Shown: positions 29,251-37,172 of the stretch, piece after piece
How positions within the stretch are numbered: the first letter of the stretch is position 1
Layout: the number at the start of each line of letters is the position of its first letter
Notes under the pieces: model-generated
Told to the model about the DNA's origin: nothing
What the model saw: only the letters and a program-made list of their open reading frames with translations
Databases searched by the model: none
Position numbers and translations under genes: made by a program
DNA from: an uncultured Erysipelotrichaceae bacterium
GTDB lineage: Bacteria; Bacillota_I; Bacilli_A; RF39; UBA660
Assembly (NCBI GenBank): GCA_902797265.1
Contig: CADBSF010000023.1
Coordinates: 1 to 57,175, forward strand
Reading direction: 5' to 3'
Length of the DNA: 57,175 nucleotides

Positions 29251-29840
29251 ACTGGCATCACCGTCCCAAACTCTGTTGAAGTTCCTCCATTAAGGAAGTT
29301 CTCCATTAATAATCTTAAATCATCATTACTAACTAAAGATGCATTTAATCCACAAGAAGCTAATCCAGTAATCATTTGACGTACTCTTTTTTGTAATAAA
29401 TCAGTATCTTTTGATTTAAATAAGAAAAAGTATTCTGTATCAACTACATTATTTCTAATAAAAGCTTCTCCTTTATTAATGTCTTGTAATATCAACTTAC
29501 GAATAGCAGGAGATGATGTTTCATTAAGAAGTAATTGCATTTGAGACATATAAACAGAAATATCTACTGGTCTATCCGCAACGATTAACCAAAATTCATA
29601 ATCGATTGTATTATAAAAATTTCTTAAAGCTATTAAAACATTATTTTGATAATCAGGATCAAGAATAAAAATATTTCTAGGAGTAATTTTAACTCCTGTT
29701 ACTTTATTATTATCTCGAGTAACAATCATATTATTTTGAATAGATCGAATTGGTAACCAATCCTCTGTATATCCACTACTTTTTTTCGCCACTTCTACAA
29801 CACCATCCTTTCCATCTATAAGTTTGTCTATTAGTAACAA
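29247..29840 (-). CDS. VirB4-family ATPase, N-terminal part encoded as a separate ORF
   Basis: The block ...DWLPIRSIQNNMIVTRDNNKVTGVKITPRNIFILD resembles VirB4/PrgJ/TcpF N-termini. It ends in an ATGA overlap with the ATPase ORF. The track start is a TTG without an RBS; a GTG at 29792 is an alternative start. Confidence 0.6.
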   Translation of the reverse strand: MLLIDKLIDGKDGVVEVAKKSSGYTEDWLPIRSIQNNMIVTRDNNKVTGVKITPRNIFILDPDYQNNVLIALRNFYNTIDYEFWLIVADRPVDISVYMSQMQLLLNETSSPAIRKLILQDINKGEAFIRNNVVDTEYFFLFKSKDTDLLQKRVRQMITGLASCGLNASLVSNDDLRLLMENFLNGGTSTEFGTVMPV

Positions 29841-30087
29841 ATTGATAGATTTCTATTATTATAGTTAACATATTATGATAATAACCAGTAGGTACAACCA
29901 ACAATCCTGTTATTAGAGCTGGGGCAAGAACCAGGATTGTTACTAAAGTACTATCTAAAGGAACAATAGCAAGCAACAACACGGTAGTCAAAATTCCTAT
30001 GGCAAAGATAGTCAAATCCATTGGTCTAAATAATCCCAGTATTAGTCTACCTCTCTTCGTATTTGCAGGTATCAAATATTCATTCAC
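29776..30087 (-). CDS. PrgI/TcpE-like (VirB3-analog) small membrane protein
   Basis: 103 aa. N-terminal IPANTKRGRLILGLFRPMDL followed by two TM helices and a C-terminal YRWKGW, the pattern of PrgI-family proteins found upstream of VirB4. Confidence 0.65.
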   Translation of the reverse strand: MNEYLIPANTKRGRLILGLFRPMDLTIFAIGILTTVLLLAIVPLDSTLVTILVLAPALITGLLVVPTGYYHNMLTIIIEIYQFVTNRQTYRWKGWCCRSGEKK

Positions 30088-30107
30088 TAGTAATCAACCT
30101 CCTATTT

Positions 30108-32246
30108 TTATTTTTTGTTTTGCTTATTAGCAATACGCATTCTTTGTCTCATATCAGTTTCACGAGCTTGTTGAGCAGAATTTGCAACACCCATAGCTTT
30201 TCCAATACTAGAATATTCATCTGCAATTTGAGCACCGCTAATTTGATCGCCACTCGCTCCTTTAACTTTAATACCAGCATCATTAAGAGCTTTTACAACC
30301 CTAGCGTGATCTGGTGCAAGTTTTCCTGTGGTAACAACTTCGTTATAAGAAGGAGCTTTAATATCATTACCTGCTGCATCTCTGCCAACAACTCTCTGAC
30401 TTCCAGCTTGCCATACTTCCACTTGTTTATCAGCCATTTGATCCATAATAACTTGTCCAAATAGTGAAGCATCATACTTATGACCATTAATAGTATATTT
30501 TCCATCTTGATCGGCTCCTGCTTCTTTAGCTGCTCTTACTTGATCAAAAGTAATATTCCTTAATTGGGTTCCATCAGATAATGTAAAATCAAATTGTCCA
30601 CCATTTTTAATAGCTTCTGCTTTTACTGATTCTTTCCAATTTTTCAAAGTTGAAAATGCAGTTTTATTAGCATCTAAAGTTAGAGATTCTTTGTCTGCTA
30701 AACTACGACCTGTAAGCATTTGATAAGCAGAGTCTTTTAGTCTACCAAATTGAGTAGAATGGGCAGCACGTACAGCATTTCTTTGTTCTTGAGCTTGTCT
30801 TACGGCCTTAGCATCTCCACCTTTCTCCCATGCTGTTTTAGCTCCTACAAATCCACCACCTATAGCTCCAGATGCAACAGAACCTACACCAGTAATACCA
30901 CGAACTAATGCTCTTCCTATATTGCGAACATGTTCTCCTTCTTTAAAAGGCATATTTTCTTTATGTTCTTGACGCATAGCTCTCCAATTAGTAGCTGCAC
31001 TACCAGCAATACCACCAACAGCAGCACCAGCAGCTGTTATCTTGCCAAGTCCACCAAATAATTTGAAATCTCCTTCTTTTGCTCCAACAGCTTGACGTAA
31101 AAATTTAGGTGCTTCTTTCGCAAAATAGAATAATGCAATCCAAATAATAATTAATGATACAACACCAAGAATACCACTAGAAATATTGATTGATATTCCA
31201 TTAACAATCGTATCTTGAATAATAAATATTACGAAGAATACTATCGCTAATCGAATGAACAAATCTAAATAAGTAGAAGTTAATGTCTTAACCCATGCAT
31301 TAAAACTACTATCTTTTGATCCTTTCGGATCTAGATAACTAATCAATGGGATAGGAGCAATTAATCGTAACATAGCTAGTTTAATAGCCCTCATCGCAAC
31401 ATCAATTGTAAAACTAATCATAATAACAGCAAATACTACTCCAACAATTGCTGAAATCAATGGAACGTGAGCAAATACAAATGCTTTATTTCCTTTAATA
31501 CCTTTATAACTTGTTGTACATTCTTCATCTAACATAGAAATAATCGTTAAAGGATCTGTATCTAATTTAAAATAAGTATCTAAAATATTATTATCAATAC
31601 TCTTACAAATTCGATTACTATTATAGTATTGATCCGGATAACGACCCGAACCAGAACGTTCTTCTTCTGGAATTAAATTGATTCGATAAAAACCTTTTAA
31701 TACACTAGAAGAAAATACATTAGCGGCTGACTTTAATGATGATGATGAGGTATTCGATAAATAATTCTCTGAATTATCACTTGTACCTAAAATCAGTTTC
31801 CCGAGGGTATTATTATCAAGTATTCGATCCTGCAAAGAATACAAAGTACCAAATAAAATACCATTAGAACGAACTCGTTTTTCAAATTTACTATTACCAG
31901 AAACACCACTCAAAGGTACTAAAGTAGAAAACAATACAACGACTAATACGATACGACCAATAAACTTTGAACCAGTCCCTCCTGATTTTGCGAAGTCATC
32001 TGGATTTATAATTCCTTTAATAATAATCAAGGCAAGCTGAAACAGCATATAAACCCCAATAATTAATTGTACACGATTAAAAAAATTGTAAACTGTTTTA
32101 CTGGAAATAATATTAGAAGAAGCTACATTAAAAAATAATTGATAAGAAATTCCTAACAACCAATAAGCAGCTTTATCTAACAAACTAAAGAATGCACGAG
32201 AAGCCTTAGAAAGTATCCCCGGTTTACTTAAATCTGTTTCACCCAT
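30108..32246 (-). CDS. VirB6/TrbL-like polytopic channel protein with ~320-aa soluble C-terminal extension
   Basis: At least 6 TM helices, including the segment MRAIKLAMLRLIAPIPLISYL typical of Gram-positive VirB6 analogs. It then has an Ala/Gly-rich linker and a soluble domain (30108..~31079). Confidence 0.65.
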   Translation of the reverse strand: MGETDLSKPGILSKASRAFFSLLDKAAYWLLGISYQLFFNVASSNIISSKTVYNFFNRVQLIIGVYMLFQLALIIIKGIINPDDFAKSGGTGSKFIGRIVLVVVLFSTLVPLSGVSGNSKFEKRVRSNGILFGTLYSLQDRILDNNTLGKLILGTSDNSENYLSNTSSSSLKSAANVFSSSVLKGFYRINLIPEEERSGSGRYPDQYYNSNRICKSIDNNILDTYFKLDTDPLTIISMLDEECTTSYKGIKGNKAFVFAHVPLISAIVGVVFAVIMISFTIDVAMRAIKLAMLRLIAPIPLISYLDPKGSKDSSFNAWVKTLTSTYLDLFIRLAIVFFVIFIIQDTIVNGISINISSGILGVVSLIIIWIALFYFAKEAPKFLRQAVGAKEGDFKLFGGLGKITAAGAAVGGIAGSAATNWRAMRQEHKENMPFKEGEHVRNIGRALVRGITGVGSVASGAIGGGFVGAKTAWEKGGDAKAVRQAQEQRNAVRAAHSTQFGRLKDSAYQMLTGRSLADKESLTLDANKTAFSTLKNWKESVKAEAIKNGGQFDFTLSDGTQLRNITFDQVRAAKEAGADQDGKYTINGHKYDASLFGQVIMDQMADKQVEVWQAGSQRVVGRDAAGNDIKAPSYNEVVTTGKLAPDHARVVKALNDAGIKVKGASGDQISGAQIADEYSSIGKAMGVANSAQQARETDMRQRMRIANKQNKK

Positions 32247-32261
32247 AAATAATCACCTGCC

Positions 32262-32714
32262 TTATTTAATACCACATGTTGAACTAGTAATCTTAAAGAA
32301 TTCTAATATCCATTGAACTAAGAATGGAAGTAAAAGCAAAGAGATTGCTAAAAGAAGACGAATTCCTAGTTTTCTTTGTGCATCTTTCATTGCTTTTTCA
32401 TCACCTGAAAAAGATACTTTTAAAAAGTCAATACTACTTAATAATAATACCAAAACAGGGCCAAGAACTTTAACGATATCTAGGGCTTTTTGAATTAACC
32501 AGGCAACTGAATCTGGATCATTTGTACTTCCAAAAATAGAATTACAATCTTGAGGATTATCATAATCACTATCATTAAAATTAAATGAATCACCTGTATT
32601 TTCTAATTTCACTGCAATCGTTCTAGAATTCGTATCTATAGTCTTTGCATTGATTACTACTGGAGTAAAAAATATAAAAGACAACAAAAAGATAAGTAAT
32701 ACTTTATATTTCAT
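32262..32714 (-). CDS. VirB2/TrbC-like T4SS pilin-like protein (signal peptide + two TM helices)
   Basis: Likely start is MKYKVLLIFLLSFIFFTPVVINA (Sec signal) at 32714; the track ORF extends to 32846 and would overlap the upstream gene. C-terminal hairpin LVLLLSSIDFLKVSFSGDEKAMKDAQRKLGIRLLLAISLLLL. Confidence 0.55.
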   Translation of the reverse strand: MKYKVLLIFLLSFIFFTPVVINAKTIDTNSRTIAVKLENTGDSFNFNDSDYDNPQDCNSIFGSTNDPDSVAWLIQKALDIVKVLGPVLVLLLSSIDFLKVSFSGDEKAMKDAQRKLGIRLLLAISLLLLPFLVQWILEFFKITSSTCGIK

Positions 32715-32781
32715 ATTAACACCCATTATCATTATATCATAAGAAAAGAAAAATAAATAAAAAAAAATAGTAAATATCTTA

Positions 32782-33123
32782 CTATTTTTCACCAGCTTTT
32801 CTCCAACACTCTTGCCAACTTGTAGTATTTGTTGCATCCTCTTCATTTGTTCCAGTTGCGATAATATTCATAAGAACAGAAACGATAGTTGCAACGAAGA
32901 ATACTAATACAGCATAAATACATCTTTTGATTAATCTACTTTGTGCAGCCTTTACTTCTTTTTCATCACTAGAAATAACTGCTTTTCCTAAATCAATAGT
33001 TCCTAATAAAATTAAGATAATTGGAATACCTATCCAAATAATTGGAAATACACCATTTCTAATAATTTTAACTAATGGAAGTAATCCTCCACAAACATCA
33101 GCTAATATAAAAACGTCTCCCAT
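32782..33123 (-). CDS. VirB2/TrbC-like T4SS pilin-like small membrane protein
   Basis: 113 aa with an AAGGAG RBS. Its TM-loop-TM hairpin ILILLGTIDLGKAVISSDEKEVKAAQSRLIKRCIYAVLVFFV is paralogous to the loop of 32262..32714. Confidence 0.55.
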   Translation of the reverse strand: MGDVFILADVCGGLLPLVKIIRNGVFPIIWIGIPIILILLGTIDLGKAVISSDEKEVKAAQSRLIKRCIYAVLVFFVATIVSVLMNIIATGTNEEDATNTTSWQECWRKAGEK

Positions 33124-33145
33124 ATAAACACTCCTTTACACATTT

Positions 33146-33174
33146 ATTATAATCAATTATCATTTTTTTGTCAA
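33146..33174 (-). promoter_or_regulatory. perfect-consensus SigA promoter at the Tad/T4SS junction
   Basis: Minus strand: TTGACA-17 nt-TATAAT exactly, in the 53-nt gap between the TadZ-like stop (33177) and the first VirB2-like gene (33123). Confidence 0.6.
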
Positions 33175-33176
33175 TT

Positions 33177-34226
33177 CTAACGTCTAAATAGCCCAAATAT
33201 TTTAGAACCATTATTTGAATTATTTGAGTATATTACACCTAATTTTGATAAGAAATCATTAATAATAGAATTTCTCTTTCTCTCATCTAAAGAAGGCATA
33301 TTATAAAATACTCGAACACCTGATTCCTTTTCAAAATCAAGAACATCATTGTTTAATAAGCTACTCTTATTCAATACGACTTTCTTATGTCCTAATTTTG
33401 AAAAAACATCACTTTTTCTTCGAATCAACTTATTTAATTTTATAGAAGTTGGCTCAATCAAATAGATAACTTCATTGCAAAAAGAAGCATCTTTACAATC
33501 ATTTAAGTCAACTAATACAATATTTACTCCTTCGTGTTTTTTAACAGTAAATCTTAAATCTGCATCCTTAATAGATAATAAAGTTTTATCATTGAAATAA
33601 GAAAAATCATTTCTATTTAATTCAATTCCTAAAACATGTTCTCTACCATAAATAGATGCTAGCTCTTTTTTTAACATATATATTAATGTGGTTGCTCCTG
33701 CATGTTCCGTAATGTTACGGAAACCAATAATAGTCGCAACTTTTTCATTTTTTTCATTATTAATATTTCTATTAGGAACAGATGATATATTATTATTTTC
33801 TACACTATCATTAGAAGATATTACTTTCTCTTCTTTTAATTGATTAGCCATTTTCAATATATGTTCAACATCTTGTAATGTATTTGGTTTTTTTACTAGA
33901 TAGCGAATTCCATTCATATCAGTAGTAAAATTATAAATACCAATTGTAATCAATTGTCCTAAAAATTTTGGAGTACATAAATCAGAACCTTCTGGTAATA
34001 AAAAGATTATTTTTTCTGCATCTAGTCCACTACATAAACTTTCATATGTTTTTATATCAGTAGGATTCTTTAATGCAGAAACATCTAAAATCATTTTATT
34101 ATAAAAAAAGTTTCGAAACATCTCCACTATTTCCATAGCATCATATACACCAGTGATGCTTTTTATAATATCAATATCAAGATTTGCTAAATCATTTTGT
34201 TTTTTATTTGCAATAATAACATTCAT
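33177..34226 (-). CDS. TadZ/CpaE-like protein: receiver-like N-domain + MinD/ParA-fold domain with degenerate P-loop
   Basis: MinD/ParA-type layout (VATIIGFRNITEHAGATTL...; VNIVLVDLND; VIYLIEPT; KKVVLNKS). The deviant Walker A KGGxGK(T/S) is replaced by RNITEHAGATT. Confidence 0.5.
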   Translation of the reverse strand: MNVIIANKKQNDLANLDIDIIKSITGVYDAMEIVEMFRNFFYNKMILDVSALKNPTDIKTYESLCSGLDAEKIIFLLPEGSDLCTPKFLGQLITIGIYNFTTDMNGIRYLVKKPNTLQDVEHILKMANQLKEEKVISSNDSVENNNISSVPNRNINNEKNEKVATIIGFRNITEHAGATTLIYMLKKELASIYGREHVLGIELNRNDFSYFNDKTLLSIKDADLRFTVKKHEGVNIVLVDLNDCKDASFCNEVIYLIEPTSIKLNKLIRRKSDVFSKLGHKKVVLNKSSLLNNDVLDFEKESGVRVFYNMPSLDERKRNSIINDFLSKLGVIYSNNSNNGSKIFGLFRR

Positions 34227-34258
34227 CTAACCAACATCCTTTTTGTTTTATCATAATC

Positions 34259-34714
34259 TTACTTTGCTTCAAATACTGAAGTATCTCCTGAAATATTAAA
34301 TACTTGCATATCAATGGTATTACTAATAATAGGAATTTCAATATTTATTTTAGTAACAATATGATAATAAAATTTTTCTCCAGAATCATTATGAATACCT
34401 TCGGTTTTTCTTACTGTTTTTTTACAAGCACAATACAAAGTATCACTACCTAAATAAGAATGAGACATTCCCTCACATTTTGGACAATTAATTCTTCTAG
34501 AAGGTCTATATCCAATTGTTTGAGCATATTTTTTAATTTCAGCTTCACATTCACTATTACAAACACCATCATATTCTCTATAAACAGATATGATTTTATT
34601 TTTCATTCTAAATGCCTTTGTATAGTTAACATTAAATGCTAGATATCCCATGATTACTACAATAAAAACAACAATGATAACAACTACAACAGATCCACCA
34701 AGAGAATCTCTCAT
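34259..34714 (-). CDS. Cys-rich pseudopilin-like (TadE/TadF-analog) protein
   Basis: Short leader MRDSLG followed by hydrophobic GSVVVVIIVVFIVVIMGYLAF, with 6 Cys (VCNSEC, NCPKC, YCAC). Paralog of 34734..35201 (shared YTKAF(K/R)MKN and INIEIPII/INIPII blocks). Confidence 0.5.
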   Translation of the reverse strand: MRDSLGGSVVVVIIVVFIVVIMGYLAFNVNYTKAFRMKNKIISVYREYDGVCNSECEAEIKKYAQTIGYRPSRRINCPKCEGMSHSYLGSDTLYCACKKTVRKTEGIHNDSGEKFYYHIVTKINIEIPIISNTIDMQVFNISGDTSVFEAK

Positions 34715-34733
34715 AAAACACCCTCATTCCCTT

Positions 34734-35201
34734 TTATTTTATATATTTCGTATCACCTGTAACTTGAAAAAAAGGTAAACTTAAAATATTCTTTATTATT
34801 GGTATATTAATATCAACTTGTGTAATAATACGATATTTATCTCTCTTATATAGATTAGCAGTATCACATTCTTCTACACCACTATCAGTTTTTCTAAGTG
34901 GGCAAAAGCAAAATAATCCATCTGAGGCTAAAGAATAACCGTTTGGACAGCTTTTCATAACAGGAGAATAGCCGATGCTTTTAGCTTTTTCTAAAATGAT
35001 AGAAGAACAGGAAGAACTACTATTGCCTGATTTTGAAAAGCAATTTTCTCTTCCTTCAAAGTCTTCAATACTGGATAATACAAAATTTTTCATTTTAAAT
35101 GCCTTTGTATAGCTTACAGTAAAGCCTAACACTCCAGAAACAATTACTAAAAACAAAACAATAAAAACTAAATTTAGAATTCCACCAAAAGCATCCTGCA
35201 C
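34734..35201 (-). CDS. Cys-rich pseudopilin-like (TadE/TadF-analog) protein
   Basis: GTG start with a GAGGTGA RBS. Leader MQDAFG followed by GILNLVFIVLFLVIVSGVLGF, with 6 Cys. Confidence 0.5.
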   Translation of the reverse strand: MQDAFGGILNLVFIVLFLVIVSGVLGFTVSYTKAFKMKNFVLSSIEDFEGRENCFSKSGNSSSSCSSIILEKAKSIGYSPVMKSCPNGYSLASDGLFCFCPLRKTDSGVEECDTANLYKRDKYRIITQVDINIPIIKNILSLPFFQVTGDTKYIK

Positions 35202-35214
35202 AATTTATCACCTC

Positions 35215-35370
35215 TTATTTTCCACTATAACTAGAAATATTATCCCATTGAGTATTAATAGAATTTTTAATACTTGGCCACATAATCCAGAAAAATCCGA
35301 TTATTGCTCCAATAGCGATTAAAGTAATTACGGTTAAGTTTAATTCACCCGTAGCAGCTTTCATCAACAT
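35215..35370 (-). CDS. 51-aa Flp/type-IV-like pilin candidate (not in the ORF track)
   Basis: Minus strand GAAAGGATGGG-ATG TTG ATG AAA...: MLMKAATGELNLTVITLIAIGAIIGFFWIMWPSIKNSINTQWDNISSYSGK*. It has an AAGGA RBS and its own promoter, and sits between the tadC-like and pseudopilin-like genes, the usual position of a pilin gene. Confidence 0.6.
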   Translation of the reverse strand: MLMKAATGELNLTVITLIAIGAIIGFFWIMWPSIKNSINTQWDNISSYSGK

Positions 35371-35400
35371 CCCATCCTTTCTATCATAAATTACAAAACA

Positions 35401-35429
35401 ATTATATCAAAATAAAACTACAATAACAA
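35401..35429 (-). promoter_or_regulatory. SigA-type promoter with extended -10 upstream of the pilin-like ORF
   Basis: Minus strand: TTGTTA-17 nt-TATAAT preceded by TGA (TGnTATAAT), in the 81-nt gap after the tadC-like gene. Confidence 0.5.
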
Positions 35430-35451
35430 CACATTTTACAACTATTTTTAA

Positions 35452-36255
35452 CTAAAACATCATCATCATAGATATTAATATGACTAACATGACACCAATA
35501 CCAGTAACAACAAGCATTACCATAGTTTGGCTTTCCATATGTCCTAGTCTCTCTTTATATTTTGTTTCCCTTGCTTTATTTTGTAAGGAAGAAACAGTTT
35601 TAGAAAACATCATCAATCTTTCCTGTTTTCTTTCTTGTGAACCAATTCCTAAACGATATAGTAAACGCATCATTCTCATAGAATCTCTAACAGGATATGT
35701 GTTAGCAAATTCCATGTAAGGATCAACTGATGCATCACCTGAATTGATTCGATCAATCATTCTTCTAAGTCCTGGTTTGAATATATCAGGAGCATCTCCA
35801 ATTGATTTACCAATTGCAACAGGAACTGTATAATGTTGAATTAATATTTCCAAACTCTTTAAATAGTATGGCAACATAACGTCAATTTCATGTAAATGTT
35901 GTTTATAATATCCTTTTAACTGTGTATAAGGAATCTTAAAGATAACAACAGCTACAACAATTGATAATACTAAATTCAAAAAGAATTGAGAATTAATAAT
36001 ATCAGCTGAACTATTTCCAGAAATAGTAAGTACTAATACAATTAAAAATCCCATAGCAGCATAAGTCACTCTTTTTGAATATAATTGATCAATATCAACA
36101 TCTTCCCCATATCTAGCATACACTAAAAATTGATAATCATCTTCTTTTAGTGCTTCTAAATATTTTTGATTATCTGCAAAAAACTTATCTTTATCGATTG
36201 TATTATTATAGATAAGGATAAACATGATAATTGCACCAACAATTAATATTTCCAT
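35452..36255 (-). CDS. TadC-like platform protein (T2SS-F family)
   Basis: 267 aa. Its topology of N-terminal TM helix, helical cytoplasmic domain and C-terminal TM helix, its size, and its position after the tadB-like gene are typical of TadB/TadC pairs. It overlaps the upstream gene by 1 nt. Confidence 0.55.
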   Translation of the reverse strand: MEILIVGAIIMFILIYNNTIDKDKFFADNQKYLEALKEDDYQFLVYARYGEDVDIDQLYSKRVTYAAMGFLIVLVLTISGNSSADIINSQFFLNLVLSIVVAVVIFKIPYTQLKGYYKQHLHEIDVMLPYYLKSLEILIQHYTVPVAIGKSIGDAPDIFKPGLRRMIDRINSGDASVDPYMEFANTYPVRDSMRMMRLLYRLGIGSQERKQERLMMFSKTVSSLQNKARETKYKERLGHMESQTMVMLVVTGIGVMLVILISMMMMF

Positions 36256-37157
36256 TATTCAGCCCCCACATTCTCATTATAGTATTTTTCACCCTTCAAT
36301 AAGAAGTATGTATTTACAACTAATACAGCATGCATCAAGAACTGTACATACCATCTTTGTAATAAAACCAAATAAGTTTCCCTTCCTAGTAAGTACTGTA
36401 CCAGCATAACTAACAAGTAAAGGATAACACCAAATTGTAAGAACGATTTATGGAAAGAAGCTCTTTCAATTCTATCACGATAAACACTTTCAACTAGCAT
36501 ATCGATATCTAGTTGCATGTTTTCCAAAGAATCGGCAGAGTTTTGAGCACCTTCCTTAGTTATTTGTAAAAATAATTGATGCATATTTTTAACAATATAG
36601 TAAGGATATAATCTACTCATATACTCTAAGGCTTCATCAATAGTACCATTATCATAACTCATATTAATCATCTGACGTACATCAGATAATACAGGATCTT
36701 CCAAGATTCCAGAATTTGCAACACCTTCTAGTGATTTTACAAAAGATTGTGTCGTAGCAAATTCCATAATAACATTGGAAGTATATACTTGTATTTGTTC
36801 AAATAAAAATTCTGAATAAACTCTCTTACATCTTAAATAAGAAAGGTAAGGTACAAAAGCAACAGCAATTAATGCATAAATAATACTAATAATTAAATTA
36901 TAGAAATATAGATACGTTACAACAGCTGCGAAAGTTGCAAAAATAGTAACTTGAATTGCATATTGTCTTGGAGTATATTCTTGCCCCATTTCTTTTGCTT
37001 TTTCTCTTACGATTTTAAAAGAATAAGGAGAAAATCTATCATACATTCCTTGTACTTGATTTACTACATATTTTCCTACATTATCACCTTTATAATGTCT
37101 ATATAGATAAATACCAAGTACAAATATCGTAATTATAAATAATTCTTCTAGATACAT
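36255..37157 (-). CDS. TadB-like platform protein (T2SS-F family)
   Basis: 300 aa with an N-terminal TM helix, a TM pair, a helical cytoplasmic domain (GTIDEALEYMSRLYPYYIVKNMHQLFLQITKEGAQ) and C-terminal TM helices. It lies immediately downstream of the ATPase gene. Confidence 0.55.
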   Translation of the reverse strand: MYLEELFIITIFVLGIYLYRHYKGDNVGKYVVNQVQGMYDRFSPYSFKIVREKAKEMGQEYTPRQYAIQVTIFATFAAVVTYLYFYNLIISIIYALIAVAFVPYLSYLRCKRVYSEFLFEQIQVYTSNVIMEFATTQSFVKSLEGVANSGILEDPVLSDVRQMINMSYDNGTIDEALEYMSRLYPYYIVKNMHQLFLQITKEGAQNSADSLENMQLDIDMLVESVYRDRIERASFHKSFLQFGVILYLLVMLVQYLLGRETYLVLLQRWYVQFLMHAVLVVNTYFLLKGEKYYNENVGAE

Positions 37158-37172
37158 ATCATCTACTCCCTT

